From assembly GCA_046290465.1 (NCBI GenBank), contig JBKAGP010000001.1:2624001-2688000 (forward strand): a stretch of 64,000 nucleotides of DNA, given 5' to 3'. The notes under the pieces are model-generated. The model saw only the letters and a program-made list of their open reading frames with translations, searched no databases and had not been told where the DNA came from. The stretch is from Planctomycetota bacterium. GTDB taxonomy: Bacteria; Planctomycetota; UBA1135; UBA2386. Numbering within the stretch: the stretch's first letter is position 1; each line of letters begins with the position of its first letter. Below, in pieces: positions 18,411 through 28,700 of this stretch. A program made the position numbers and the translations under genes.

Positions 18411-19379
18411 TCAGCCGATGCCGCGTTCGAGGCGCTTGCCGAGCCAGCGGAAGAACAGGCCCGCGAGGCCCTTGGGATCCGCGCCGGCCTTGGCGCCGAG
18501 GTATTGCCCCCAGCACTGCCACTTGCAGTAGTCGCGCGTCCACTCGAGCGCCGCTGCCTGCTCCTCCGGCGGCAGGCCGAGGCTGCGAACGTATTCGCAG
18601 TGCTCCTTGGTCGAGTGCTCGAGCGCGCCCTTGAGCGCCTCACGGTTCGGGATCCCGACCAGCCCGAACAGGCGCCGCAGGTTGCGATGGTCGCAGAACG
18701 TGCGCTTGCCCTCGCTCCACGCCGAACGGTCGTGGCTGTGGATCACGCAGGCCTCACCCTGGTGCGCGATCGCCAGCCCGGCCTCGATGCAGCGCTTGCC
18801 GAAGTAGACGTCCTCGCCGAACCGCCGCGGGCCGAGCGGAAAGCGCTCCCAGACCGTGCGCCGCACCGCCGACGCGACGTTGTCGAACGCGCTGTGCATC
18901 AACCGGTCGAACGGCTGCAGGTCGTCGAGCTGCTGCCCCGGTTCGAGCTGGCGCTTGCTGAGCACCTCCCCGCGCCCCGGCCAGCCGCGGATCCGGCGGT
19001 CGAGCACCGGCTGGCACTTTGGCCGCGGGATCTGCCGGCACCACACGCCGGCGACGTCCGGATCGTCGAAGCCGGCGACCATCTTTTCGAGCCAGTCCTT
19101 GCCGACCAGGGTCGCGTCCTGCACCAGCAGCACGACGAAGTCGCCGGTCGTCGCGGCGATGCCGCGATCCCGCGTGCTGCCGTGGTCGAACTCGCTCTGC
19201 GGGATCACCTCGACGTCGAACCCGGCATCGCGCAGCCGTTCCTGGGTGCCGTCGGTCGAACCGCTGTCGACCGCGCGCAGTTCGTCGAACCTTCGGCCTT
19301 CGAGAGCCAGGATCGACGCGAGCACTTCGTCGAGCAGCGGGCCCGCGTTCCACGTGGGCATGACGAGGGAGGTGCGCAT
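18411..19379 (-). CDS. Glycosyltransferase family 2
   Basis: SLVMPTWNA, VDSGSTDGT, FDHGSTR, LVQDA, FGED, HSH. Confidence 0.9.
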   Translation of the reverse strand: MRTSLVMPTWNAGPLLDEVLASILALEGRRFDELRAVDSGSTDGTQERLRDAGFDVEVIPQSEFDHGSTRDRGIAATTGDFVVLLVQDATLVGKDWLEKMVAGFDDPDVAGVWCRQIPRPKCQPVLDRRIRGWPGRGEVLSKRQLEPGQQLDDLQPFDRLMHSAFDNVASAVRRTVWERFPLGPRRFGEDVYFGKRCIEAGLAIAHQGEACVIHSHDRSAWSEGKRTFCDHRNLRRLFGLVGIPNREALKGALEHSTKEHCEYVRSLGLPPEEQAAALEWTRDYCKWQCWGQYLGAKAGADPKGLAGLFFRWLGKRLERGIG

Positions 19380-19421
19380 GGTCGTCGCCGGGCCGCCGCG
19401 GCGACCCGCCAGGGTTCTCGT

Positions 19422-21644
19422 CTAGCCGAACAGCTTGCGGACCAGGCGCCGCACCTTGCCGCCGGACGGCGGCGTCGGTCGACCGACGGCCTCGGGTGGA
19501 GTCGGCGCTGGCTGTTCCTGCTGCGCGTCCGCCGACTGTGGCTGGGACTTCGGCTGGGACTTCGGCTGGCTCTTCGGCTGGCTCTTCGGCTGGCTCTTCG
19601 GCTGGGACTCCTTGTTCGCCGCCGGCACATGATCCGGCTGGCCGGCCGCCACGCGCGCGATCGACTGGCCGCAGTTCTGGAACAGCGTCGTCAGGATGTC
19701 CCGCTCGCCTTGGCTGGCCTTGGGGTAGTGATGCTGGATCAGCCACCCCATCAGCGCCGGGTGGTTGGGCCAGCCGTCCTGCGCCATCATCGAATCGTCG
19801 CGGACCCGATAGTCGTACAGCACCCGCGGAACGGTCTCACCGGGCAGGTCGCGATCCGCCAGGTCCATCCACAGCGCCCAGTCCTCGTAGCTGATCAGGA
19901 CCTGGTCGTAGCGCAGCCCGGTGTCGACGAACACCGACCGGCGGAAGAACGCCCCCGCGTCGCCGAAGCGGTTGGTCAGCAGGCACGCCTTGCGATCGAA
20001 CGGCAGCGCGTTGTAGGTGCCGTTGACGCCCCCGTCCGAGTGGCGGAAGTGGCGGTTCTGGGGCGCGATGAAGTGCCGATCCGGCAACCTGCACAGCACC
20101 TCCACGCCGCAGCGGGCGTAGTCCGGCCGCGGCAGGTTGTCGGCGTCACAGAACAGCAGGAACTCACCCGTCGCCCGCTCGATGCCGAAGTTGCGCGCCG
20201 AACCGAGGCCACCGTTGGGCTTGCGCAGCACCTGGATGCGCGGATCCTTGGCCTGCTGCCGCGCGAGGATCTCGTCGGCGTCCTCCAGCGGCGAGCCGTC
20301 GCTGATGATCAGCACCTCGAGGTTCAGGTGCGTCTGCGCGACGATCGCGTCGATGGTCGCGTCGACCGTGTCACGATCCTTGTAGAACGGCACGATCACC
20401 GAGACCTTGTGGGCCTCGTGGTCGACCGCCGGCAGCGGCGCCTTCTTGTCGGCCTGCGACTCGATGCGCGCCAGCAGCGCTTCGACGTAGCGCTTCTGCT
20501 CGGAGAACACGCGGATGCGCTCGGCGGCGGCGCGGCCGATCTCGTCGAACCGACCCAGCGCCTGCGTGACGTCCTCGCGGAACACGCGCAGGATGTCCTC
20601 GCTCGAACGCCCGTCGACGTGGAAGCCCGAGACGCCGTGCTCGATCATCTCCCCCATGCCGCCGTGCTTGCTGCCGATCACGACGCGGCCTGCCGCCATC
20701 GCTTCGATGCACGTGTTGGGCCAGTTCTCGAACCGCGACGGGAAGATGCAGACGTCGGCGCTCTGCAGCCGCTGCAGCAACTCCGGCCGCGGCATCGGCG
20801 CCTGGAACTCGACGTTGTCCGGCGCGCGCCTGGCGAGGTAGTCGCGGAACGAGGTGCCGTACGGGGAGTACGGCACGTCGCCGCCGATCATCGTCAAGCG
20901 GCACTCGGGCAGCTGACGGAACGCGTCGATCAGTTCCTCGATGCCCTTGCGCGGCTCGATCCGGCCGTAGTAGAGGATCTCGCAGTCCTCGAGCTTCTGG
21001 CGCGGCGACGGCGGCGTGACGGCGGCGTCGCCGAAGTCCATCGGATACCGGATGATCTCGACGTCGCGCTCGAGACCGAGACGCGCCAGCACCTCGTCAC
21101 GCAGTCCCTGCGACGGGCTGTTGATGACCGGCGCGATCCGGATCGCCTCCTCCTCGATGTTGCACGTCTCGCGGATGTGCAGGTTGGCGCGGTGGACCTG
21201 CCCGTCGTAGGCGAAGCACTCCCACGTCGGCGAGTGGAACATCAACGCCAGCAGCGTGCCCTCGTAGGTGCCGAACTGCCGCTGCTCCTGGAACGTGACG
21301 AAGCCCTCGGCCTCGTAGTCGGCGAACTCGATGTAGTCGTATTCGGTGCCGTTCGCCTTCAACGCCTGCAGCGTCTGGTGCACGAGCCACGAGTAGCCGT
21401 AGTGCGGGTCGGCGTGGAAGAAGCGGGTGCGGACCTCGTTCGGAACCCCTTCGCCGGCGAGCACCACGCGGTCGAACGGCAGGTCGGCGAGCAGCGGCCG
21501 CTCCTTGTCCGGGTCCCACAGCGTGGTCATCAGGTGCACTTCGTGACCGAACGCACGCAGCGCCTTGCCGGCCTCGGCGATGTACGTGCCGATGCCACCG
21601 CCGCGGAGGCCTGCACATTCCTTGCTGACGAAACAGATCTTCAT
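19422..21644 (-). CDS. Bifunctional glycosyltransferase, GT4 + GT2, with SQPK-repeat tail
   Basis: MKICFVS..GGGIGTY, GRIEPRKG, PSRFENWPNTCIEAM; then SVIVPFY, SDGS, NGGLGSARN, CDAD, YEDW; alternative TTG start at 21659. Confidence 0.9.
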   Translation of the reverse strand: MKICFVSKECAGLRGGGIGTYIAEAGKALRAFGHEVHLMTTLWDPDKERPLLADLPFDRVVLAGEGVPNEVRTRFFHADPHYGYSWLVHQTLQALKANGTEYDYIEFADYEAEGFVTFQEQRQFGTYEGTLLALMFHSPTWECFAYDGQVHRANLHIRETCNIEEEAIRIAPVINSPSQGLRDEVLARLGLERDVEIIRYPMDFGDAAVTPPSPRQKLEDCEILYYGRIEPRKGIEELIDAFRQLPECRLTMIGGDVPYSPYGTSFRDYLARRAPDNVEFQAPMPRPELLQRLQSADVCIFPSRFENWPNTCIEAMAAGRVVIGSKHGGMGEMIEHGVSGFHVDGRSSEDILRVFREDVTQALGRFDEIGRAAAERIRVFSEQKRYVEALLARIESQADKKAPLPAVDHEAHKVSVIVPFYKDRDTVDATIDAIVAQTHLNLEVLIISDGSPLEDADEILARQQAKDPRIQVLRKPNGGLGSARNFGIERATGEFLLFCDADNLPRPDYARCGVEVLCRLPDRHFIAPQNRHFRHSDGGVNGTYNALPFDRKACLLTNRFGDAGAFFRRSVFVDTGLRYDQVLISYEDWALWMDLADRDLPGETVPRVLYDYRVRDDSMMAQDGWPNHPALMGWLIQHHYPKASQGERDILTTLFQNCGQSIARVAAGQPDHVPAANKESQPKSQPKSQPKSQPKSQPKSQPQSADAQQEQPAPTPPEAVGRPTPPSGGKVRRLVRKLFG
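19540..19610 (-). repeat. 12-bp tandem repeat x~6 encoding SQPK
   Basis: ggctgggacttc / ggctggctcttc units on the + strand. Confidence 0.8.
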
Positions 21645-21747
21645 GCCATGCTCGGTCAAAGTCGGGGGATCAGACTAAAGTACTCTGTCGCGGAGACCAG
21701 GGCGTTGCAGCCCTGGATCCGAACGCCTTAGCTGGCACATCGGCCCC

Positions 21748-22509
21748 ATGCCCACGCTACCCCGAAGATTCATCATCCTCGCGAGCCAAAGGACAGGATC
21801 GAACCTGCTGCGCTCGCTGCTTGACTCGCATCCCGATGTCACGGCATATGCCGAGGTCTTCCTGAAGGACCACAGCTGGTTCGAAAACCAACACGGCCCC
21901 AAGGACTCGCCGGCGTTGGTCGCAGAACGAGACGCCGACCCGGTCGCGTTCGCGCAGAAGCACGTGTTCCGCGACTACGAAGAATCGGTCAAGGCCGTCG
22001 GCTTCAAGCTGTTCTATCAGCACGCCCCCGAGGGCGAACACGCCCTCTAGCGCTGGCTGGACGAGATGCCGGACCTCGGAGTGATCCACCTGCGCCGCAA
22101 GAACCTGCTGCGACAGCTGGTCTCGTTCGAAGTAGCCAAGGCAACGAACGTCTACCGCAGCAACAGCCCCAAGACGCCGCGCGTATCGCACGACGAGGTG
22201 GCACTGGAGATCGGCCGCAAACACTGCGAGACGTTCATGCGCCGCACGACGGACGCCGCCCGAGCCGCCTGCGCCCGCCTGTCGAACTGCGAACACCTCG
22301 ACCTCACCTACGAGGAGATGACGGAGTCCCCGGAGGCGACCGAGGCGACGATGCGACGAACGCTCGACTTCCTCGGACTACGGCACATTGCACTGCAGTC
22401 GCAACTGCGCAAGCAGGTCAATCGCCCCGTGCGTGACCTGGTTCGCAACTACGACGAACTCGCCTCCGCATTCGCGAAGACCGAGTGGGCCGACTGCTTC
22501 GACGAGTAG
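21748..22509 (+). pseudogene. Stf0-like sulfotransferase interrupted by in-frame TAG at 22048-22050
   Basis: 5'-PSB motif ASQRTGSNLL, VGFKLFY, then HAL*RWLDEMPDLGVIHLRRKNLL..S in the same frame, LTYEEM; ORFs 21748..22050 and 22066..22509 are in frame. Confidence 0.8.
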
Positions 22510-22521
22510 GCGAGGGCAACG

Positions 22522-23328
22522 ATGAAGGCGAGTCAATCCACCTTTCGGGACGTGATGAGTTCGGGCTACCTGTCGAAGTGGTCGGTCGACAGGCCTGCGG
22601 CGATGTTCGACGGATCGCCGGTGCTGTCGCTGCACCTGCCGAAGACGGCCGGCTCGGCGTTCGGCGAGTTCCTGATCCGCTCGCTGGGCCGGATGTTCCC
22701 GATCGAGCATGGCAGGATCGACGAGACCTTCGAGCAGTTCCTAGAGGCCCCGGGCGAGCACCGGTTCGGCAATGGTCACATCGACTGGTCGCACATCCAA
22801 CGCGCGCTCGACCATCCCCGACCGGTGCACCTCATCACGCTGCTGCGTGAGCCAGTGGCGCGCGCGGTGTCCAACTACACCTACTGCTGCTCGGACAAGC
22901 ACCCAACGAGCGGCGAGTTCCGCAACGCGTTTCCGACGATCGATCGCTACATCGAATGGGGCGGGATGAGCACCAACCTGCAGACCAGACTGATCGCCGG
23001 GCCCGACGTCGAATCGGCCGAGCAGGCCATCGAACGCATCGAATCGACCTACGCGTTCGTCGGCCTGACGGAGTTGTTCAACGCATCCTGCTTCGTCTTC
23101 AGCCTGGCCTTCGGCTGCGAGTTCCGCCTGCCCGAGCGCATGGTCAACGCAGCGAAGGACCGAGCCGAAGAGGACCACGACATCCCGCAGTCCGCCTACG
23201 ACCGCATCCGCGAACAGAACGACCTCGACCTGCCGGTCTGGGAGCACTTCCGACGACGTTACGAGGACCGGATGGACGACCTCGTAACCCTCGGAATGCG
23301 CTCCGCATCCTGGCCAGCCCTCAGGTAG
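22522..23328 (+). CDS. Sulfotransferase family 2 (Gal-3-O-sulfotransferase-like)
   Basis: LHLPKTAGS, GH, LLREPVARAVSNY, FVGLTE, NDLDL. Confidence 0.88.
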   Translation: MKASQSTFRDVMSSGYLSKWSVDRPAAMFDGSPVLSLHLPKTAGSAFGEFLIRSLGRMFPIEHGRIDETFEQFLEAPGEHRFGNGHIDWSHIQRALDHPRPVHLITLLREPVARAVSNYTYCCSDKHPTSGEFRNAFPTIDRYIEWGGMSTNLQTRLIAGPDVESAEQAIERIESTYAFVGLTELFNASCFVFSLAFGCEFRLPERMVNAAKDRAEEDHDIPQSAYDRIREQNDLDLPVWEHFRRRYEDRMDDLVTLGMRSASWPALR

Positions 23329-23379
23329 ACCCGAGAACGACTGCCGCCGTCCTGCACCCACCATCGACCGATTCCGATC

Positions 23380-24255
23380 ATGAAGCCCCGCTTCGCCGAC
23401 GTTCGCGACAAACTCCGTTTCGTCACGTGGCGCTCCGACGACGAGCCCGATCTCGAGTTGTTCCCGGACTTCATGATCATCGGCCCGCAACGCACCGGCA
23501 CGACCTGGCTGCACGAGAACCTGATCGAGCACCCGCAGGTCCTGATGCTGGTCGAGAAGGAACTCTACTACTTCAACAACCTGCGCACCGACGAGTTCCA
23601 CCCCGCCCACCTGCCGCCCGTGCAGCAGGAGTTGCAGTGGTACCTCGACTTCTTCCGGCCGACGGAGGACTTCGTGGCGCAGCGGGAACGAGAATGCCAG
23701 GAGCGGTACGGCGAGCCCTACGACATCGCCGTGCGAGGTGAAGGCACCGCGACCTACGCGGTCGCGCTGTCGCGGGACCCGCAGATCCTCACCGAGTTGC
23801 TGACGCTCAACCCGCGCATCAAGATCATGACCATGGTGCGCAATCCAGCCGACCGCGCCTGGTCGCACGCGAAGAAGGACCTCGCGAAGCTGCGCAACCG
23901 CAACGTCCAGGACGTTCCCGACAGCGAGTGGCTGGAGTTCTTGCAGCGCGACTACCAGGTCGCCTGTGGTCACTACACGCACTGGACACGTCGCTGGCTC
24001 GAGCGGCTTCCCGAGGAGCAGCTGTTCGTCGGGAGGTTCGACGAGATCGTGAGCTCTCCGGCGAAGCTGCTCTCACGCGCCTACGAGTTCCTCGGCATCC
24101 GCGCCGCCCCCGCCTACGTCGGCAAGGTCGCCAAGCAGCGTGTCAACCCGACCGAGACGGCCGAGATGCCGCCGGCGGTGCAGGAACTGCTCGATTCGCA
24201 GTATGGCGAGGAGATCGAACGCCTGCGAGCGATGGGCATGCTCGAAGGTCCGTGA
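23380..24255 (+). CDS. Sulfotransferase (Sulfotransfer_1/3; heparan-sulfate-sulfotransferase-like motifs)
   Basis: PDFMIIGPQRTGTTWL, KELYYF, RNPADRAWS, EFLGI. Confidence 0.88.
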   Translation: MKPRFADVRDKLRFVTWRSDDEPDLELFPDFMIIGPQRTGTTWLHENLIEHPQVLMLVEKELYYFNNLRTDEFHPAHLPPVQQELQWYLDFFRPTEDFVAQRERECQERYGEPYDIAVRGEGTATYAVALSRDPQILTELLTLNPRIKIMTMVRNPADRAWSHAKKDLAKLRNRNVQDVPDSEWLEFLQRDYQVACGHYTHWTRRWLERLPEEQLFVGRFDEIVSSPAKLLSRAYEFLGIRAAPAYVGKVAKQRVNPTETAEMPPAVQELLDSQYGEEIERLRAMGMLEGP

Positions 24256-24302
24256 AGCCCGATCGTGCATACCTCCCCTGGTCCTGGTAACGCCAGCCGC
24301 TC

Positions 24303-25640
24303 TCAGCCGCGATCGAGCACCGCGTCCACCAACCGGTGCAGCCGCGACTCACACACGGCGACGTCGAACGACCTCGCCACCGTCGCCGACGCGGCGCGGC
24401 CGAGTCGCCCGCGCAGCGCATCGTCCTCGGCGAGGCGGCGCAGGGCCTGCGCCAGTGCATTCGCGTCGCGCTGCGGCACGACCAGCCCGTCCTCGCCGTC
24501 GGTGACGACCTCGAGCATCGAGCCGGCGTCGGTCACGATCACCGGCGCTCCGGTCGCCATCGCCTCGAGCAGGGCCGTCGGGATGCCGTCCTTGTCGCCG
24601 TCGTCGGTCTCGACGAACGGCGCGACCCAGAACTGGCTCTGCTCGAGGAAGCGGCGCACCTCGCTCTGCGGCTGACGCCCCTCGAAGTGCACGACGTCGG
24701 CGAGGTCGTGCTCACGAACGTAGTCGCGCAGTTGCCGCGCGTAGGCTTCGCTCGCTTCGTTGCCCTTGTCCTCCTCACCGATCAGGTGCAGCTCGACGCG
24801 GGGGCCGCCGTCGCGCTTCAGCAGCCCGACCGCCTCGACCAGGTGCAGCAGGCCCTTCTTCGGCTCGAGCCGCGCCACCGTGACCGCGCGCCACGGCGCT
24901 CCGTCGGTCGGCCGCGAACGCTCGACGTGCGGAAAGTACTGCGAGTCGATCGCGTTGGGCTTGACGACGATCTTGTCCGGATCGATGTCCGGCGCGAGGC
25001 CGAGCAGCTCTTCCTTGATGCGCGCCGACGTCGCGACGACCACGTCGCACAGCCGCAGCTGCATCGGCACCAGCTTGAAGTCGTAGTCCTCGAGCAGGTG
25101 GTCGGCGTACGAGCTGATGCCGCGCGGCAGCTCCAGGATCCAGCCGGCGATCAGCGAGTAGAACGAGCGTTCGTAGAAGAAGTACGAGTGCAGCCACGTC
25201 GGCGCCCACGCCTCGACCATGCGCGTGTACGAGAAGCCGCGCACGAAGTCGTAGTGCCCGCGGATCTCGTCCTCGGCCTTGCCGGTCTCCTTCGCGATCG
25301 CCGCGACCAGCGAGTCGACGCGCTCGGGGAAGCGCTGTCGGTAGTGCTCGTAGTCACGCACGTTGACGTGCCAGTCCATCGGCAGCCGGCAGCGACGCTC
25401 CCACAGATCCTCGAACGCGTCGTGCAGGTCCGAGCGCGGCAGGTCGATGGAGAACGCGTGCCGCACCTCGAGGCCATGGCGCTGCAGCTGGGTCAGCTCC
25501 TGGTAGACGAACGTCTGCGAGTAGATCGGAAACTGGCCGCAGATGGACGCCATCAGGCGCCGGCCACCGTGCTGCTCACGCTCGCGCGCGAGCCGGTCCA
25601 GCAACGCCTCGAAGTCGTCGAGCTGCTGCTGGTCAACCAT
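24303..25640 (-). CDS. Glycosyltransferase family 4 (WcaL-like)
   Basis: FPIYSQTFVYQE, VARLEPKKG, DGIPTALLEAMA; 3' part of ORF 24303..30113; ATG 25640. Confidence 0.88.
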   Translation of the reverse strand: MVDQQQLDDFEALLDRLAREREQHGGRRLMASICGQFPIYSQTFVYQELTQLQRHGLEVRHAFSIDLPRSDLHDAFEDLWERRCRLPMDWHVNVRDYEHYRQRFPERVDSLVAAIAKETGKAEDEIRGHYDFVRGFSYTRMVEAWAPTWLHSYFFYERSFYSLIAGWILELPRGISSYADHLLEDYDFKLVPMQLRLCDVVVATSARIKEELLGLAPDIDPDKIVVKPNAIDSQYFPHVERSRPTDGAPWRAVTVARLEPKKGLLHLVEAVGLLKRDGGPRVELHLIGEEDKGNEASEAYARQLRDYVREHDLADVVHFEGRQPQSEVRRFLEQSQFWVAPFVETDDGDKDGIPTALLEAMATGAPVIVTDAGSMLEVVTDGEDGLVVPQRDANALAQALRRLAEDDALRGRLGRAASATVARSFDVAVCESRLHRLVDAVLDRG

Positions 25641-25763
25641 GGTGTTCGGACTCCGTCGAAGCTGCGCGCATGGCGCCATGCTCGCTGCGCGCACGTTCGT
25701 GCGCAAGTATCTGGCGACGCGCGTGCTTGCCGCATCCGCAAGCCGGGGTAGGCTTATCCGGCC

Positions 25764-28700
25764 ATGTCTCGCGCCCGCTCTCCCGGCGACGATCCCGTGA
25801 TTCGCGAAGCCGCCGATGGCACCGCGAACCGGCTCGTGATCCGGACCGACGCAGCGGTCGAGTCGGACGGCGACGCGCCCGACGACGAAGCACTGGACGG
25901 CGTCGACGCGCTGCACCTGCAAGGCGACGACGTCTTCGGCAGCGAACGCGCCCGGCAGCTGCTCGATCACGCGCGCGGCAGCGACCTGTCGGTCTCGATC
26001 GACAGCGCGCGCGTGCCCGACCCCGACGTGGCAATCGAGGCGCTCTGCGACGTGGCCGTGGCGTCGCTGCTGGCCGAGGTCACCGACGCTGCCCCCCAAC
26101 CGATCGAACGCATCGCGGCGATCGCGGCGGCGACCGGCGCCGTGGGGCAGATCCGCTTCGTGCTGACCCCAAACGGCTGGTTCGAGCTCGAGGACGCAGC
26201 GCGGCTCGCCGCCAGCAAGGGCCTGCGGGCGGAGCTGAGCCTCGCGGATCACCGCGACGACGTGCCGCTGGAACCGATCAGCCCCGAAGCGGCCTCGTTC
26301 CTGCGCGACGCGATCGTCGACTGCTGGCCGCGCCTGAGCGGCAACGCGCGCCCGGACAGCCTCGACGAAGGCGGCTTCGAGCAGCTGACCCACGATCTGC
26401 GGGCGTTGGTCGGCCGCAGCCTCGAAGCCGCGGCCGAGACACCGGAGGCGCCGACCGGACCGATCGCGCTGCCGCCGCTGGCGCACGGCTGGAACACCGA
26501 CCCCGAGCGCCGCGGGCCCTGGCACGCGCGGCTGTTCGTGCGCAGCCTGACCGCGACCGTCGGCGACTGGGTCGACGAGGTCGCGACCCCCGACAGCGTG
26601 CGCGAGCTGGTCTGGCTGCGCGCGCTGGTGCAGCGCATCGCGTTCGACCACGAGCCGCAGCAGCTGCTCGACCTGCTCGGCCGCGTCTACAAGAAGTCCA
26701 AGGACCACCAGGAACTGCACGCGCAGGACGCGGACTACGCGGAGTCGTTCGAGTTGGCGCGGTTCGGTGGCCCGTGGTTCGACCGCATCGGCCTCGGCGC
26801 GCGCCAGCGGCGCGCGCGGCCGTTCCAGGTGCGCGAACCGTCGCCGGTCTCGGACGCGCCGGCCGACACCACGGTGCTGATCCCGTCGTATCGCCACCAG
26901 AAGTTCATCAAGGAGACCATCGCCAGCGTGCTGGCGCAGCAGGACGCCGCCTTCCGGGTGCTGGTCGCCGACGACCGCTCCCCCGACGACACGGCCGAGG
27001 TCGCGCGTTCGGTCGACGATCCGCGGGTGACGGTCACCGTCAACGACGACAACGTCGGCCTCGGCAACTCGGTGCTGCAGGCGCTCGAGCACGTCGACAC
27101 CCCCTACGTCGCCCTGCTCAACAGCGACGACCTGCTGCACCCCGAACACCTCGCGACCTGCCGCGCCGTGCTCGAAGCCGACGCAGAGGCGCAGCTGGTC
27201 TGCACCGACCTGCAGCCGATCGACAGCCTCGGCCGCTCCCTGCGCCCGGACAACGTCAGCCTGGTGCGCGACGGCAGCCGCACCCGCCACTGGATCGAGT
27301 GGTTCGAAGCGCAGGCGCCGAGCGACGACCTCGCGCCGGCCGACTACTTCGGCGAACTGCTCGAGCGCAACTACCTGATCACCAGCAGCAACCTGTTCGC
27401 GCGCACCGACTGGCTGCGGGCGCAGGCCGGCTCGCTGCAGAGCCTCAAGTACTGCCTCGACTGGCGCCTGTTCCTGCAGGCCGCCGCCGAGTCGACCCTC
27501 CGGCACGTGCACCGGCCGCTGATCGGCTACCGCCTGCACGCGTCGAACACGGTCTGGTTCGACGCCGAACGGCGCTACACCTACTACCTCGAGGTCAACC
27601 GCGTCGCCGCCGAGGCCTTGCGCGAGTTCTCGGATCGACACCCCGACCGCGAGCAGGCCGTCGAGCGGGTCGTGCGCGCGGTCGCCAACCACGTCATCCA
27701 GAACGGCGAGACCGACGGCTACGCGCTGTTCCTCAACGCGGCGCTCGACACGCTGGTGCTCGAACGGGAGGCGAACGACTCGCCGGAGACGATGCGGCTG
27801 CTGCGCGTGCTCAGCGACGCCGCCGACGCCCGCCGCCTGCAGCAGGCACCGCCGCCGGTGCCGACCAACGTCTACCTCGAACTCGACCACCTGCGCAGCC
27901 TGCTCAACTCCGAGTCGGGCAAGCGCACCTGGCTCGAGTCCCAGGCCGAGTCGCACGAGCAGCGGATCGCCGAACTCGACCGCATCAACAAGGAGATCTG
28001 GGAGACCAAGCAGCGACTCGAGCGCGACCTCAAATCGCTGCAGCAGTCGAAGGAGCAGCTGCGCCGTGAATCGGAGCAGCAGCTCGGCCGCGCGCAGCAG
28101 CAGGCCGAGAAGGCGCGCACCCAGGCCGCCGAACAGCTCGAGAAGGTCCGCGCGCAGCTGCACAAGGATCTCGACTGGCAGCGCGGGGAAACCCAGAAGG
28201 TGCAGGGCATCCTCGAGAACACGCGCGACTACGTCGAGACGCTCAAGCAACAGGTCGAGCGGCTCAAGCAGAGCGTGCAGGAGCTGCAGGATCGCAACCA
28301 GAGCGCGCAGCAGGCCCACGAGGCCACCAGGCAGCAACTCGACGAGCGCCGGCAGGAACTCGCAGACGCGATCGCATCGCTCGAGCAGAGCCGCGGCGAA
28401 CTCGACACGACCCGCGGCGAACTCGACACGACCCGCGGCGAACTCGACACGGCCCGCGGCGAACTCGACACGACCCGCGGCGAACTCGACACGACCCGCG
28501 GCGAACTCGACACGACCCGCGCAGACCTCGACCGCACCGTCCAGGATCGCGACCGCCAGACGGCGCGTGCCGAGCAGCTGGAACGCGACCTCGACGAGCG
28601 CAACCGGCAACACGAGGACCTGCGCCAGACGCTCGCCGAGCGCACGATGGAGTTCCAGCGCAACGAGGCGGCGATCGACCGGCTGCTGCGCAGCCGCGAG

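Noticed and set aside
22048..22050. Pyrrolysine or genome-wide amber recoding
   Set aside because: TAG terminates many clear genes in the window, no pyl genes are seen, and TGG to TAG explains it more simply.
28392..28517. 21-bp repeats as a CRISPR array
   Set aside because: Units are head-to-tail without spacers, in frame within a CDS, and no cas genes are present.
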